A stretch of 64,000 nucleotides of DNA from a virus, in the IMG/VR virus record IMGVR_UViG_3300015607_002850, positions 2,512 to 66,511 of that record. One strand, given 5' to 3'. The position numbers and the translations under genes were made by a program. The notes under the pieces are model-generated. The model was not told where the DNA came from. It did no database searches and saw only the letters and a program-made list of their open reading frames with translations. Below, in pieces: positions 1-9,504 of the stretch (position 1 is the stretch's first letter; each line of letters starts with the position of its first letter).

Positions 1-2
1 TG

Positions 3-206
3 AATTTGGAATGGAAACCATTCCATGGGTTCTACAATGAGGACGGATTTATATGTGCGATGAATAGACACATATATGAAGAAAATGGATGTAAATTTGC
101 ACCAATAGATGTTGCTAAATACTTCTCACATGAAGCTGAAATACCAGAAGTACAAGGAATTACTCCTTTTGGATTCCATGGAAAGTGGTCAAAATATAAA
201 AAATAA
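3..206 (+). CDS. DUF5672-like glycosyltransferase-associated protein, 5'-partial
   Basis: Open from window edge; NEDGFIC...FAPIDVAKYFSHE...PFGFHG motif pattern; first gene of the GT cluster. Confidence 0.6.
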   Translation, partial: NLEWKPFHGFYNEDGFICAMNRHIYEENGCKFAPIDVAKYFSHEAEIPEVQGITPFGFHGKWSKYKK

Positions 207-208
207 AA

Positions 209-787
209 ATGTTAAATATGAATATAGGTGATTTACTATTGAGTTATCAAACTGATAAAAATAGGGGGAAAACAATTGAAAAGAACGGGCACTATTATGG
301 TGATTCATATCAGCGAATCTTTAGTAATTTTGATATTAACTCGAAATTGAATATACTTGAGGTTGGGGTACAGAAAGGTGGAAGTCTATTGGCCTGGAAA
401 GATTACTTCAAAAATGCAAATGTTGTAGGTATTGATATTGTTGACGATAGACTAAATGAATATAAGAGAGATGATGTTAGCTTCATTTTATCAGATATAA
501 ATAATCTAGATGTAAAAAACAATCCATTGATTAGTGGGAAACTTTTTGACATAATTATAGATGATGGTAGTCATTATTTACAAGATGTGATATTCTTTTT
601 AGAAAATTATATTGACCAGTTAAATATTAATGGTTACTTTATAATTGAGGATGTACAGTCACCGGGATACTGGGATAGTGTTATAAGCTCTAAACTTAAG
701 CCAGGATTTGAAATGTCTGTTGATGATCTAAGATATATAAATGGTTATTATGATGACTATTTAATAATAATTAAAAGAATAAGATGA
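209..787 (+). CDS. class I SAM-dependent O-methyltransferase
   Basis: ILEVGVQKGGS motif I, VVGIDI, FDIIIDDGSH, FIIED. Confidence 0.85.
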   Translation: MLNMNIGDLLLSYQTDKNRGKTIEKNGHYYGDSYQRIFSNFDINSKLNILEVGVQKGGSLLAWKDYFKNANVVGIDIVDDRLNEYKRDDVSFILSDINNLDVKNNPLISGKLFDIIIDDGSHYLQDVIFFLENYIDQLNINGYFIIEDVQSPGYWDSVISSKLKPGFEMSVDDLRYINGYYDDYLIIIKRIR

Positions 788-1671
788 TAGTTACTGAAAT
801 TTATAATGGACAAGGATTGGGTAATCAACTTTTCTGTTATGTTACAACCAGAACAATTGCACTAGATAGAGGATTTGATTTTGGAATAATGAATCCGCAT
901 AAATTTAAATGTTTAGATTTTCTAAATCTTGATTTTGGAAAGGATGTTATTGGAGGAGCCGGACCGGAAGGTGGACCACCCGTTACATTACCGAATGGTA
1001 TAGTAAACTATTATGCGGAAAAACAGACGCCACACAATACCATTGGATGTTTAGTGACTGAGTTCGATAGTGGACTTGTGAGTGTTCCAGACAACACAAA
1101 GATTGATGGTATAATGCAATCTGAGGACTATTTTTTACACAGAAGAGAGGAGATAAAAGAGTGGTTAAGGGTTAGACCAGAGAAAGATTGTTATGATTTT
1201 TCAAATGAAAATATATGTGTTATAAATTTGAGGGGTGGTGAATATAGAGGTATTGGTGATTTATATTTAACTGATAATTATTGGTCAATGGCAATTGGTA
1301 ATATGCTTAAAATTAATCCTAATTTTAGATTCATTGTTATTACCGATGATGTTGGTGCTGCTAAGCAGATGTTTCCCAATTTTGAGGTTTATCATTTTGA
1401 TGTTGGTACTGATTACTCCATTATAAAAAATGCATATTATTTAATATTATCAAATAGTTCCTTTGCTTTTTTCCCAACTTGGACTAGTGAAACTGTTAAA
1501 TATGTGATAGCTCCAAAATATTGGGCTAGACATAATATCTCTAATGGGTTTTGGAGTTGTGGATATAATCTATATCGAGGGTGGAATTGGATGGACAGAG
1601 ATGGCATTCTCTATTCATATGATGAGTGTATAGAGGAGAAAAAAATAAATAATAATTATGAGGGTATATGA
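784..1671 (+). CDS. GT11-like alpha-1,2-fucosyltransferase family protein
   Basis: GQGLGNQLF, DGIMQSEDYF, INLRGGEY, SNSSFAFF motifs. Confidence 0.8.
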   Translation: MIVTEIYNGQGLGNQLFCYVTTRTIALDRGFDFGIMNPHKFKCLDFLNLDFGKDVIGGAGPEGGPPVTLPNGIVNYYAEKQTPHNTIGCLVTEFDSGLVSVPDNTKIDGIMQSEDYFLHRREEIKEWLRVRPEKDCYDFSNENICVINLRGGEYRGIGDLYLTDNYWSMAIGNMLKINPNFRFIVITDDVGAAKQMFPNFEVYHFDVGTDYSIIKNAYYLILSNSSFAFFPTWTSETVKYVIAPKYWARHNISNGFWSCGYNLYRGWNWMDRDGILYSYDECIEEKKINNNYEGI

Positions 1672-2518
1672 TGCTTTTTTATTCTTCAATGAACTTGATA
1701 TACTTGAGTTAAGACTTGAGATGCTTTATGATGTGGTTGACTTTTTTATTATAAGTGAATGTGATTATACGTTCTCTGGTCTGCCGAAACCATTCTACTA
1801 TGATGAAAATAAAGATCTATTTAAAAAATATCAAGATAAAATAATTCATCTAAAGAATACAAATACTAACAATGTTGATAATATTGTTAATAGTTATACT
1901 GGCGAAAGGGGTAAAATATTTGATAATATTATTACTTATTATAATGCGGTTAAGAACACATCAGAAACCGATTATGGTAAACATCAATGGTGTAGGGAGA
2001 TTTTACAAAGAGAATATGTTAAGTTGGGATTAGATGGGTGTTCTGATGAAGATATTATAATTTTTGGTGATATAGATGAGGTTCCAGATGCTAGTAAATT
2101 AAATCTATCTGGTGATAGACCTTATCTCTTAAATCAGAAAAACATGATTTATTATATAAATCGTGAAAACATAACTGAGAAATGGTACGGTACAACAGTT
2201 ACTACTTTTGGGTTTTTAAAAAATAGATCCATGAATAATGTTAGAAGACATAGATTTGATTACAACATCATAGATAATGCTGGTTGGCATTTGACCTTTA
2301 TGGGTGGTGGTGATAGGGTTAAGGAAAAAATAAAAAGTTATAGTCACCAAGAGTATAATAATCAATATATTATTGATAGTGTTGATTTTAAATTGAGTAA
2401 TAGATTCGATGTTTTAAATCGAGGCATAACTATTATTGATGTTAATATTGATGAGTATTATCCTAATAAATTCACTAACATGGTTAGGCAAAAATTTAAT
2501 TATTTAATTGGTGAGTAG
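1658..2518 (+). CDS. GT17-like beta-1,4-N-acetylglucosaminyltransferase family protein
   Basis: YDAFLFFNELDILELRL, GDIDEVP, AGWHLTFMGG, KIKSYSHQEYN. Confidence 0.85.
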   Translation: MRVYDAFLFFNELDILELRLEMLYDVVDFFIISECDYTFSGLPKPFYYDENKDLFKKYQDKIIHLKNTNTNNVDNIVNSYTGERGKIFDNIITYYNAVKNTSETDYGKHQWCREILQREYVKLGLDGCSDEDIIIFGDIDEVPDASKLNLSGDRPYLLNQKNMIYYINRENITEKWYGTTVTTFGFLKNRSMNNVRRHRFDYNIIDNAGWHLTFMGGGDRVKEKIKSYSHQEYNNQYIIDSVDFKLSNRFDVLNRGITIIDVNIDEYYPNKFTNMVRQKFNYLIGE

Positions 2519-3446
2519 TTTTAGCTTTATAGAGGGTGTTAGGTTATCACAAATGTGTGATTACTCTTTTGGTGATCAATCATCCATTATATGTGGTGTT
2601 TATGGTGGATACATGAAATTAGCCAATGTTTCAAACATTGAATTTGTTAATAAAGTACATGAGATATCTAAAGAAAGAAGTTATATGACATTATTCATCG
2701 ATAATGTTCGATTATATAAGAGAGAGATATTAGTATCCAATCCACATGATCAAAAATGGATAAATGATTTGATGAATAGTAATGACTTGTTGGAATTGTG
2801 TTCTAAATTCATGAATATGAGGTTTATAATATTTACTAGTTTAGAAGATACTCCAATAGATAATCAAATACATGGCAAAATTCCTAATAATGTATTATGT
2901 ATACACTGTGTTAACTCTATTTATCATGACGATAAAGTCATTCCATTTCCATATGGATTACAGAGGAAGTTAAATATAGGGGATAATAGGATTGATATAT
3001 TATCAAATATTATCAATATTGATATAGAACCTAGTAATTTTTTATATATTAATCATAATGCGAGTACTAACAATTATGAGAGAGGTAATATTTCTAGTTT
3101 TTTTGTTGATAAAAAATGGGCTTCTGTTGACTCTAGAGTCGACTATGATAGATTTCTACGCAGGATAAAAGAACACAAGTTTATGATATGTCCAATCGGT
3201 AATGCTATAGATTGTCACAGAAATTGGGAGGTCTTATATCTGAGAAGAGTTCCAGTGATGAAAAAGAATGATTATTTGGAGTTTTTGTTTCGAGATTTCC
3301 CAGTTTTGTTTGTTGATGATTATAGTGAAGTGACCGAAGATTTACTAATTAAAAGTGACCACTTATATAATGACGCGTTAAATATGGATATGGATAAACT
3401 AAACCTTTATAAAATATTTAATAAAATAATAAAAGAAAATATATGA
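2508..3446 (+). CDS. exostosin/GT47-like glycosyltransferase
   Basis: KFMICPIGNAIDCHRNWEVLYLRRVPV motif; cluster context. Confidence 0.65.
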   Translation: MVSSFSFIEGVRLSQMCDYSFGDQSSIICGVYGGYMKLANVSNIEFVNKVHEISKERSYMTLFIDNVRLYKREILVSNPHDQKWINDLMNSNDLLELCSKFMNMRFIIFTSLEDTPIDNQIHGKIPNNVLCIHCVNSIYHDDKVIPFPYGLQRKLNIGDNRIDILSNIINIDIEPSNFLYINHNASTNNYERGNISSFFVDKKWASVDSRVDYDRFLRRIKEHKFMICPIGNAIDCHRNWEVLYLRRVPVMKKNDYLEFLFRDFPVLFVDDYSEVTEDLLIKSDHLYNDALNMDMDKLNLYKIFNKIIKENI

Positions 3447-4033
3447 TTATAGATTATAAAAAAATACGTGATACTGATATAAGTTTTTATAAAAGACATT
3501 TTGATCTAACACCTGAACATCACCTATCCACTGGTATAGGCGAACACTATAAATTACTAACCTATATATCTTGGTTATATGATGGTATAACCATATTAGA
3601 TTTGGGTACAAATTGGGGTGAGTCTGCAATAGCTCTTGCTCAGAATAATAAAAATAGAGTTATAACTTATGATATATGTGATCCAAAATCTAGAAATTGG
3701 AGCATGGATTTTCTCAATGATTATTCAAATATTGAGTTTAGACTAATGAATGTTATTGATGAAAAAGAAGATGTTTTTAAGTCTGCTAAAATTATAATGG
3801 TGGGTATAGCACATGATGGTATCCAGGAAAGAAAAATTACAGATATGTTAAGTAGAATCGGATATAGGGGATATTTAATATGTGATGATATATTTTCTCC
3901 ATATTATCCAAATATGAAAGTATGGTGGAATTCGATAACCATTGAAAAGTATGATATTACTGATATTGGTCACTCACATGGTACTGGATTGATCAACTAT
4001 TATCAAGATAATAGTATTAAAATTATTAAATAA
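3443..4033 (+). CDS. class I SAM-dependent methyltransferase (Methyltransf_24-like)
   Basis: ILDLGTNWGESA, HDG, LICDDI, HSHGTG. Confidence 0.7.
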   Translation: MIIDYKKIRDTDISFYKRHFDLTPEHHLSTGIGEHYKLLTYISWLYDGITILDLGTNWGESAIALAQNNKNRVITYDICDPKSRNWSMDFLNDYSNIEFRLMNVIDEKEDVFKSAKIIMVGIAHDGIQERKITDMLSRIGYRGYLICDDIFSPYYPNMKVWWNSITIEKYDITDIGHSHGTGLINYYQDNSIKIIK

Positions 4034-4037
4034 TTAT

Positions 4038-4799
4038 ATGATAACCATTGAATTAATAGGAAGGCTTGGTAACCAAATGTTTCAGTATGCGGTTTGTAGA
4101 ACAGTTGCTGAAAAAAATGGATATCAATTTTATATACCAGTCGATAAGAATAATCACGGTCAGAATATATCTGACTATTTTGACATTGATATGGGATCTA
4201 ATAATGGAGTTATTGTGAATAGATTTACAGAGGATCACACTAGACAGCAGTTTAATCCACAAATATTTAATATACCAGATAATACTGCGATTTGGGGATT
4301 TTATCAAACAGATAAATATTTTATTGATAATGAATCTAATGTTAGGAAGTGGTTTAATGTTGAAATGGATAAAGTTAGTCAATCTGTAATATGTAAATAT
4401 CCGGTTGATGAATATTGTTACATTCATTTCAGGGGCACTGATTATAAAAATTGGGATTCGGGAACTAGATTTTTGCCAAAAAAATATTTTGAGGATGCGA
4501 TTAATTTGGTAAAAAATAAAAATAATGATATTAAATTTGTTGTTATTACTGATGATATAGAGGGGGCAAAAGATTATTTTCAGGAATATGATATAATATC
4601 TAATGATATGATGACTGATTTTAAGCTTTTGTATTATTCTAAGTATTGTATAATACCAAATTCAACATTTTCTTGGTGGGCTGCTTGGCTTAGTGATAAA
4701 GTGATCACGGTTGCCCCTAATAATTGGTTAAACTACCAAATGCCACACTTAGGATTCTATCCTGTGGATATTAAAGTTGAAAAATTCAAATATGTATAA
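4038..4799 (+). CDS. GT11 alpha-1,2-fucosyltransferase family protein
   Basis: GRLGNQMFQYA, GFYQTDKYF, HFRGTDY, NSTFSWWAAWL. Confidence 0.9.
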   Translation: MITIELIGRLGNQMFQYAVCRTVAEKNGYQFYIPVDKNNHGQNISDYFDIDMGSNNGVIVNRFTEDHTRQQFNPQIFNIPDNTAIWGFYQTDKYFIDNESNVRKWFNVEMDKVSQSVICKYPVDEYCYIHFRGTDYKNWDSGTRFLPKKYFEDAINLVKNKNNDIKFVVITDDIEGAKDYFQEYDIISNDMMTDFKLLYYSKYCIIPNSTFSWWAAWLSDKVITVAPNNWLNYQMPHLGFYPVDIKVEKFKYV

Positions 4800-5431
4800 T
4801 GTTAATAAGTTTTGATTATTTATGTCAAAAATATGGAGTTCCAAGGGGAATTATCCATATAGGTGCCCATCTAATGGAAGAAAGACCATCTTATCTAAGA
4901 CATGGTGTTGATAATATTCTATGGATTGAGGGTAATCCATCTCTATGTGATGAAATTAAATATGTTAGTGGATTAAACGATATTTCATATGAAAATGTAG
5001 TAAATGTAATCGCCTCTGATGTCGATGGTTTTGAGTATGACTTTAAAATAACGAATAATGGACAGTCTTCGTCAATATTGGAATTGGATAGGCATAAAAT
5101 ATTTCATCCTGATGTGGTCGTTGTTGATTCGATTAAACTCAAATCAAGTAGAATGGACACTGTAATAAATAATATATCACTAAATCTTGATAATTTTAAT
5201 TTTATAAATATTGACATACAGGGGGCTGAGTTATTGGCTCTTAAGGGATTTGGTGACTATTTGAATAAAATAGATTTTATTTATACAGAAGTTAACACAG
5301 GTTATGTATATAAGGATTGTGCTTTGATATCAGAAATAGATGAGTATCTGAGTCATTATGGTTTCGAACGAAAAGAGACACAAATAACTGGTAACGAGTG
5401 GGGAGACGCAATTTATATAAAAAACAAATAA
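4799..5431 (+). CDS. FkbM family methyltransferase
   Basis: IIHIGAH, GQSSSIL, NIDIQGAEL, YTEVN. Confidence 0.85.
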   Translation: MLISFDYLCQKYGVPRGIIHIGAHLMEERPSYLRHGVDNILWIEGNPSLCDEIKYVSGLNDISYENVVNVIASDVDGFEYDFKITNNGQSSSILELDRHKIFHPDVVVVDSIKLKSSRMDTVINNISLNLDNFNFINIDIQGAELLALKGFGDYLNKIDFIYTEVNTGYVYKDCALISEIDEYLSHYGFERKETQITGNEWGDAIYIKNK

Positions 5432-5434
5432 AAT

Positions 5435-6082
5435 ATGAAGTTATATTTTGACATAGGTGCTAATAGCGGTGAATATACAGATATGCTAATTAATACAGTG
5501 GATTACTACAACAGCATCATATGTGTTGAGGCAAATCCTTATATAATTGAGAAACTTAAAAATAGGTTCATTGGTAATTCAAAAGTTAAAGTTTTAAATA
5601 AAGCTGTATCATCTGAAGTTGGAAAGGTTGATTTCTATGTTTGTACAAATTGTGATGTTATATCAACTTGTGACACAGATTGGATATCTAATTCTAGATT
5701 TAGTGGAAACACCTCTTGGGTAAAGGTTGAAGTGGAGACCATATCAATTGATGATATGGTGCTAACATATGGTATTCCAGAACATATAAAAATTGATGTA
5801 GAGGGATATGAACTTAATGTTATTAAGGGTATGACCAAAAATTATGGATCACAGATAAGATTTGAGTGGGCTGAGGAAAAGTTAGATGATATTATCGAGA
5901 TAGTTGGTTATTTATCATCACTTGGATATACTAAATTTGGATATATGTTGCAGGATAAATATGATGGATATCCTAGTGAGTTTTTTACAATTGATGATTT
6001 TATTAAAATGATGAATAGTATGTGTATTCCTAGTCGTAAAAATTTATGGGGAATGATTTTTGTTGATAATGATAATAAGTAA
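5435..6082 (+). CDS. FkbM family methyltransferase
   Basis: FDIGANSGEYT, VEANP, IKIDVEGYELNV. Confidence 0.88.
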   Translation: MKLYFDIGANSGEYTDMLINTVDYYNSIICVEANPYIIEKLKNRFIGNSKVKVLNKAVSSEVGKVDFYVCTNCDVISTCDTDWISNSRFSGNTSWVKVEVETISIDDMVLTYGIPEHIKIDVEGYELNVIKGMTKNYGSQIRFEWAEEKLDDIIEIVGYLSSLGYTKFGYMLQDKYDGYPSEFFTIDDFIKMMNSMCIPSRKNLWGMIFVDNDNK

Positions 6083-6839
6083 AATACAAGGCGGACTCGG
6101 GAATCAAATGTTCCAATATGCTTATGGTAGACATCTATCAATTAAGTATAATACTAAGCTTTATCTTGACACTAGATTCTATTCTGGGTTTCAAGGTAAA
6201 GTTGTTAGAACATTCCTACTTGATAAATTTAAGAATACTGAGATAGACACTAATTTAGATATGATTCAGAATAACTATCCAATCTATGGAATAGTGGATG
6301 ATTTCAATTATAAAGAATTAAACCCTCCGGTTGATTGTAGTTATTATTTAGATGGGTATTGGCAAAGTGAAAGATACTTTCAAGAATCAGAAGATATTAT
6401 TAGGAATGACTTTACTCCTAGAGTGATGCCTAATGTTCCACTACTTGATACAAATACTGTCTCCATACATATAAGAAGAACTGATTATGTTACTTCAAAT
6501 GGATATCATCCAGTCCAATCAATTGATTATTATAAAAATGCGATAGATTTAATAGGTGATTATGATAATCTTTTTGTTTTCTCTGATGATATAAAATGGT
6601 GTAAAGAAAACCTTAACTTTAAGAATATGGTTTTTATGGATGGACTATCTGAAATGGATGATATGTTTGTGATGTCTATGTGTAAAAATAATATTATAGC
6701 CAATAGTTCATTTAGCTGGTGGGGTGCTTGGTTAAATAAAAATAGTGATAAGAAAATAATAGCTCCTAAACAATGGTTTGGTGAGCAAGCTAATCTGAAT
6801 ACATCAGATATAATACCAAAAAAATGGATAACAATATGA
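6069..6839 (+). CDS. GT11 alpha-1,2-fucosyltransferase family protein
   Basis: GGLGNQMFQYA, GYWQSERYF, HIRRTDY, NSSFSWWGAWL; ATG 6069 preferred over TTG 6060. Confidence 0.9.
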   Translation: MIISKIQGGLGNQMFQYAYGRHLSIKYNTKLYLDTRFYSGFQGKVVRTFLLDKFKNTEIDTNLDMIQNNYPIYGIVDDFNYKELNPPVDCSYYLDGYWQSERYFQESEDIIRNDFTPRVMPNVPLLDTNTVSIHIRRTDYVTSNGYHPVQSIDYYKNAIDLIGDYDNLFVFSDDIKWCKENLNFKNMVFMDGLSEMDDMFVMSMCKNNIIANSSFSWWGAWLNKNSDKKIIAPKQWFGEQANLNTSDIIPKKWITI

Positions 6840-7612
6840 TAAATGAGAAAGATATAGTTTTTGTTACAACCACTTTATATTCTAAGTGGCTTGATTACCA
6901 ATCAAAAATAATTAAGAAATTATTTCCAGAAAGTCAGCATATAATTGTTGATGGTAGAGGTAATTGGCCAAATTCATGGTTCTATTGGATAGACGAAGTT
7001 AAAAAGTCTGATAAAAAATATTACATACACGTTGATGAGGATTTTTTCTTGACAAATAAAGAAGAACTATTAAGAGTTTTGAATAAGATGGAATCTGAGA
7101 ATATAGATTTAATGGGTTGTCCAGATGGGTATCATCATTACAGAGGAGCTAATCCAGTTGCCATAAACACATTTTTATTAATCGGGAGAGTAGATGATGT
7201 GAAAAAATTAGAACTTGATCTTAAATCAGCTAATTATACGTTAGGTACATATGATGGTAGAACTTTTGTTTGGGTTAATAATTTTGGTCTAAGATTTAGA
7301 GAAGACTATAAAAAAGACTTTAACTATCCATTTCAACAACAAGGTGGATGTAACTTCAATGACGATCATGAACCATATTATGCATTCCTTTGGTCTATGA
7401 AAGAGTTAGGTTGTAAGTTTGATTATCTGTATCCTTTCTTTGATGAAAGATTCAAATCAACAAACCCTAGATTTGATGAGAATTCATCAGACATAGGTAT
7501 ACATATGTGGTATACAAGAGAGTGGACTAATCAAATGGATGTTCATGGATTACCAAATGTTGAGAGATATAACAGGGTTGAAAAATATTTAAAAGAAGTA
7601 TATGAGTTCTAA
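6836..7612 (+). CDS. putative GT-A fold glycosyltransferase
   Basis: HVDEDFF DxD-like motif, GIHMWY; last gene of cluster; ATGA overlap with previous stop. Confidence 0.5.
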   Translation: MINEKDIVFVTTTLYSKWLDYQSKIIKKLFPESQHIIVDGRGNWPNSWFYWIDEVKKSDKKYYIHVDEDFFLTNKEELLRVLNKMESENIDLMGCPDGYHHYRGANPVAINTFLLIGRVDDVKKLELDLKSANYTLGTYDGRTFVWVNNFGLRFREDYKKDFNYPFQQQGGCNFNDDHEPYYAFLWSMKELGCKFDYLYPFFDERFKSTNPRFDENSSDIGIHMWYTREWTNQMDVHGLPNVERYNRVEKYLKEVYEF

Positions 7613-7790
7613 TCAAATTACACCATATGGTATAGATATTGAGAATGAATTGACAAGTATTCTTTCACAACAATTAGCGGCGGAAATAGATAAAGAAATA
7701 ATAAAAGAGTTATTCAAGAAGCAGAATATAAGAAAAGATAAAATTAGAAATATCTTAGATTCTCTGAATGATGATAGGTATAGTTCCTAA
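7602..7790 (+). CDS. small protein: major-capsid-like helix plus C-terminal RxxKIxxIL tag
   Basis: GIDIENELTSILSQQLAAEIDKEII resembles the gp23-type MCP segment (T4 HGMDADAELSGILATEIMLEINREV); contains IRKDKIRNIL near the C-terminus. Confidence 0.6.
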   Translation: MSSNQITPYGIDIENELTSILSQQLAAEIDKEIIKELFKKQNIRKDKIRNILDSLNDDRYSS

Positions 7791-8363
7791 CTCAAGTACC
7801 TTAGATTGATTCAATAAGAATTCAATATCATAGAAATTAAAATGAAACGTCATGGTGAATTCCTTGGCGTTTACTTTTTGCTGTGAATAATCAAATGTGT
7901 TATCAGATAGATTCTTTAATATAATCTCATAGAATTTAATAACATATATTGCATCTCTGTGTATATCAACACAAGTTATGGTAAATGGATTCAAGAATAT
8001 ATGTTGTGGGCTAGATACATCTAAGTAGTGTTTACTTAGAATATCAAACATTAACCAGTAATTCAAATCAGAATCAACAGATCTAAATGTTACATTTAGT
8101 TCATGTGTTGATACTATATCTTGTATGTTTGTAGCTGGCTTGTACTTTCTTTGCTTACCTCTGATTAATGTCTGACTTGGACCATCGAAACTAATTCCTG
8201 GGAAATTAACAGACTTTATTGTAGAATTCAGATAATCAATAACATTTTCATATTGTACCCAATTCTTTTCAAGAATGGGCGTATATGTATTAATGACTTC
8301 TTGTTGTAAGAAATCTGACGGTAAATTAAAGACAAATTGGGAATTCTGTGATGATAAACGGAT
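7755..8363 (-). CDS. putative tail-tube/tail-assembly-like structural protein; start codon unclear
   Basis: Frame is open from 8381 (track shows only 8066-7755): RLSSQNSQFVFNLPSDF...IKSVNFPGISF...ELNVTFRSVDSDLNYW; no in-frame ATG near the 5' end (ATC at 8363). Confidence 0.6.
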   Translation of the reverse strand: MRLSSQNSQFVFNLPSDFLQQEVINTYTPILEKNWVQYENVIDYLNSTIKSVNFPGISFDGPSQTLIRGKQRKYKPATNIQDIVSTHELNVTFRSVDSDLNYWLMFDILSKHYLDVSSPQHIFLNPFTITCVDIHRDAIYVIKFYEIILKNLSDNTFDYSQQKVNAKEFTMTFHFNFYDIEFLLNQSKVLELGTIPIIIQRI

Positions 8364-8381
8364 AAGCCATTGGATTAATTT

Positions 8382-9449
8382 TTATACTAACTTTTGTAGT
8401 TGATTTTCTAATATTTCTTTAATTTTATCAATTTGATCATATTTTATTCTGATCAGATTAATATTATTTTCAATACACCATTTATTTTTACATTTATCCC
8501 TTTCTTGAATTATTTTGAATTCTTTTTTACCACCGAAGTCATTTATTGGCTTGAAGTGTTGAATTCCATCAAATTCAATACAAGTGTTTAATTCCGGTAG
8601 ATAAAAATCAAAGCTTAGCTTATTAATATATCTGCAAGTTTCAAATCCATATTGCCTTATATATTTAACTTTAATATCTTCTAGGTGGTTTTTAATATAT
8701 TCCTCACCTTTTGAATTTAATTTACAATCTGGACATCCTTGTCCTTTAAGATGTTTGTGTATATTTTGTAGAAATTTTCCATGATTTTTGCATATAATTT
8801 CCACTTTGTTATTTATTCCAGTGAATTTAGTATTTGAATAGTCGTACCTATCTATGTGGATTTTGACAAATTCCGACCTTAGTGTATCATCATTCCATTT
8901 ACCCTTACCTACACACTTTGGACAACCATCTCCTAGATTTATATGATTTGATACTCTTTGTTCAAAGATACCATGTTCCTTACATATTATGTCTATTTTT
9001 GATTTCCCACCATTTATTTTATCTATCATTGAGTAGTCATACTTATCTCCATGTATTTCCTTGGATTTGAATAGAAAATAGTTTAAGGTTATCTTATTTG
9101 GTTTCATACCATTTAAGTGTCTATCTACCCTATAATAGAATATATCACCAGTTACATTATCCTTTAATTCTATTTTTGATGTTATGGGCACTTTATCAAT
9201 ATTGATATTATATTGAAATCTATTGGAGTGTATCTCTTGTAGCTTTTGTAATAGTGATTCTTTTTCTAGTTTTGTTGGATTATGTCCAAGTAAGTGATGG
9301 TCAGCTAATTGTATATAAGTTAATCCATTTTTCGAAAATTTTATATAGTCATCTGTTCCTATGTTATCTGGGAGTAGTGAGTAGTCATATTCTAAATTTA
9401 GAATTTTACAATTTTTGATATAATCTAACTTTTTAAATTTTTTTCTCAT
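8382..9449 (-). CDS. free-standing homing endonuclease: repeated KYDYS/Zn-ribbon (DUF723-like) modules plus C-terminal PD-(D/E)xK/Vsr-like nuclease
   Basis: IHGDKYDYS..IICKEHG.F.Q...H...GCPKC repeats; SKGEEYI..FDFYLPELNTCIEFDGIQHF..RD..KN.WC..LIRIKY. Confidence 0.85.
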   Translation of the reverse strand: MRKKFKKLDYIKNCKILNLEYDYSLLPDNIGTDDYIKFSKNGLTYIQLADHHLLGHNPTKLEKESLLQKLQEIHSNRFQYNINIDKVPITSKIELKDNVTGDIFYYRVDRHLNGMKPNKITLNYFLFKSKEIHGDKYDYSMIDKINGGKSKIDIICKEHGIFEQRVSNHINLGDGCPKCVGKGKWNDDTLRSEFVKIHIDRYDYSNTKFTGINNKVEIICKNHGKFLQNIHKHLKGQGCPDCKLNSKGEEYIKNHLEDIKVKYIRQYGFETCRYINKLSFDFYLPELNTCIEFDGIQHFKPINDFGGKKEFKIIQERDKCKNKWCIENNINLIRIKYDQIDKIKEILENQLQKLV

Positions 9450-9454
9450 ATTTC

Positions 9455-9498
9455 TATATATTAGAAACGAAATGTCATTTTTGACTACTTAATCTCAT
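9455..9498 (-). promoter_or_regulatory. MRLSSQK* mini-ORF (target-site copy) plus TAATATATA promoter in a hairpin upstream of the endonuclease
   Basis: ATG AGA TTA AGT AGT CAA AAA TGA (9498-9475) encodes the same RLSSQ as 8360-8346; TTTCTA-ATATA-TAGAAA stem. Confidence 0.7.
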
Positions 9499-9504
9499 TT
9501 TTTA

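Noticed and set aside
8364..9478. Group I intron interrupting the tube-like gene
   Set aside because: Only about 25-30 nt flank the nuclease ORF on each side, too little for a ribozyme core, and the N-terminal codons are duplicated rather than split.
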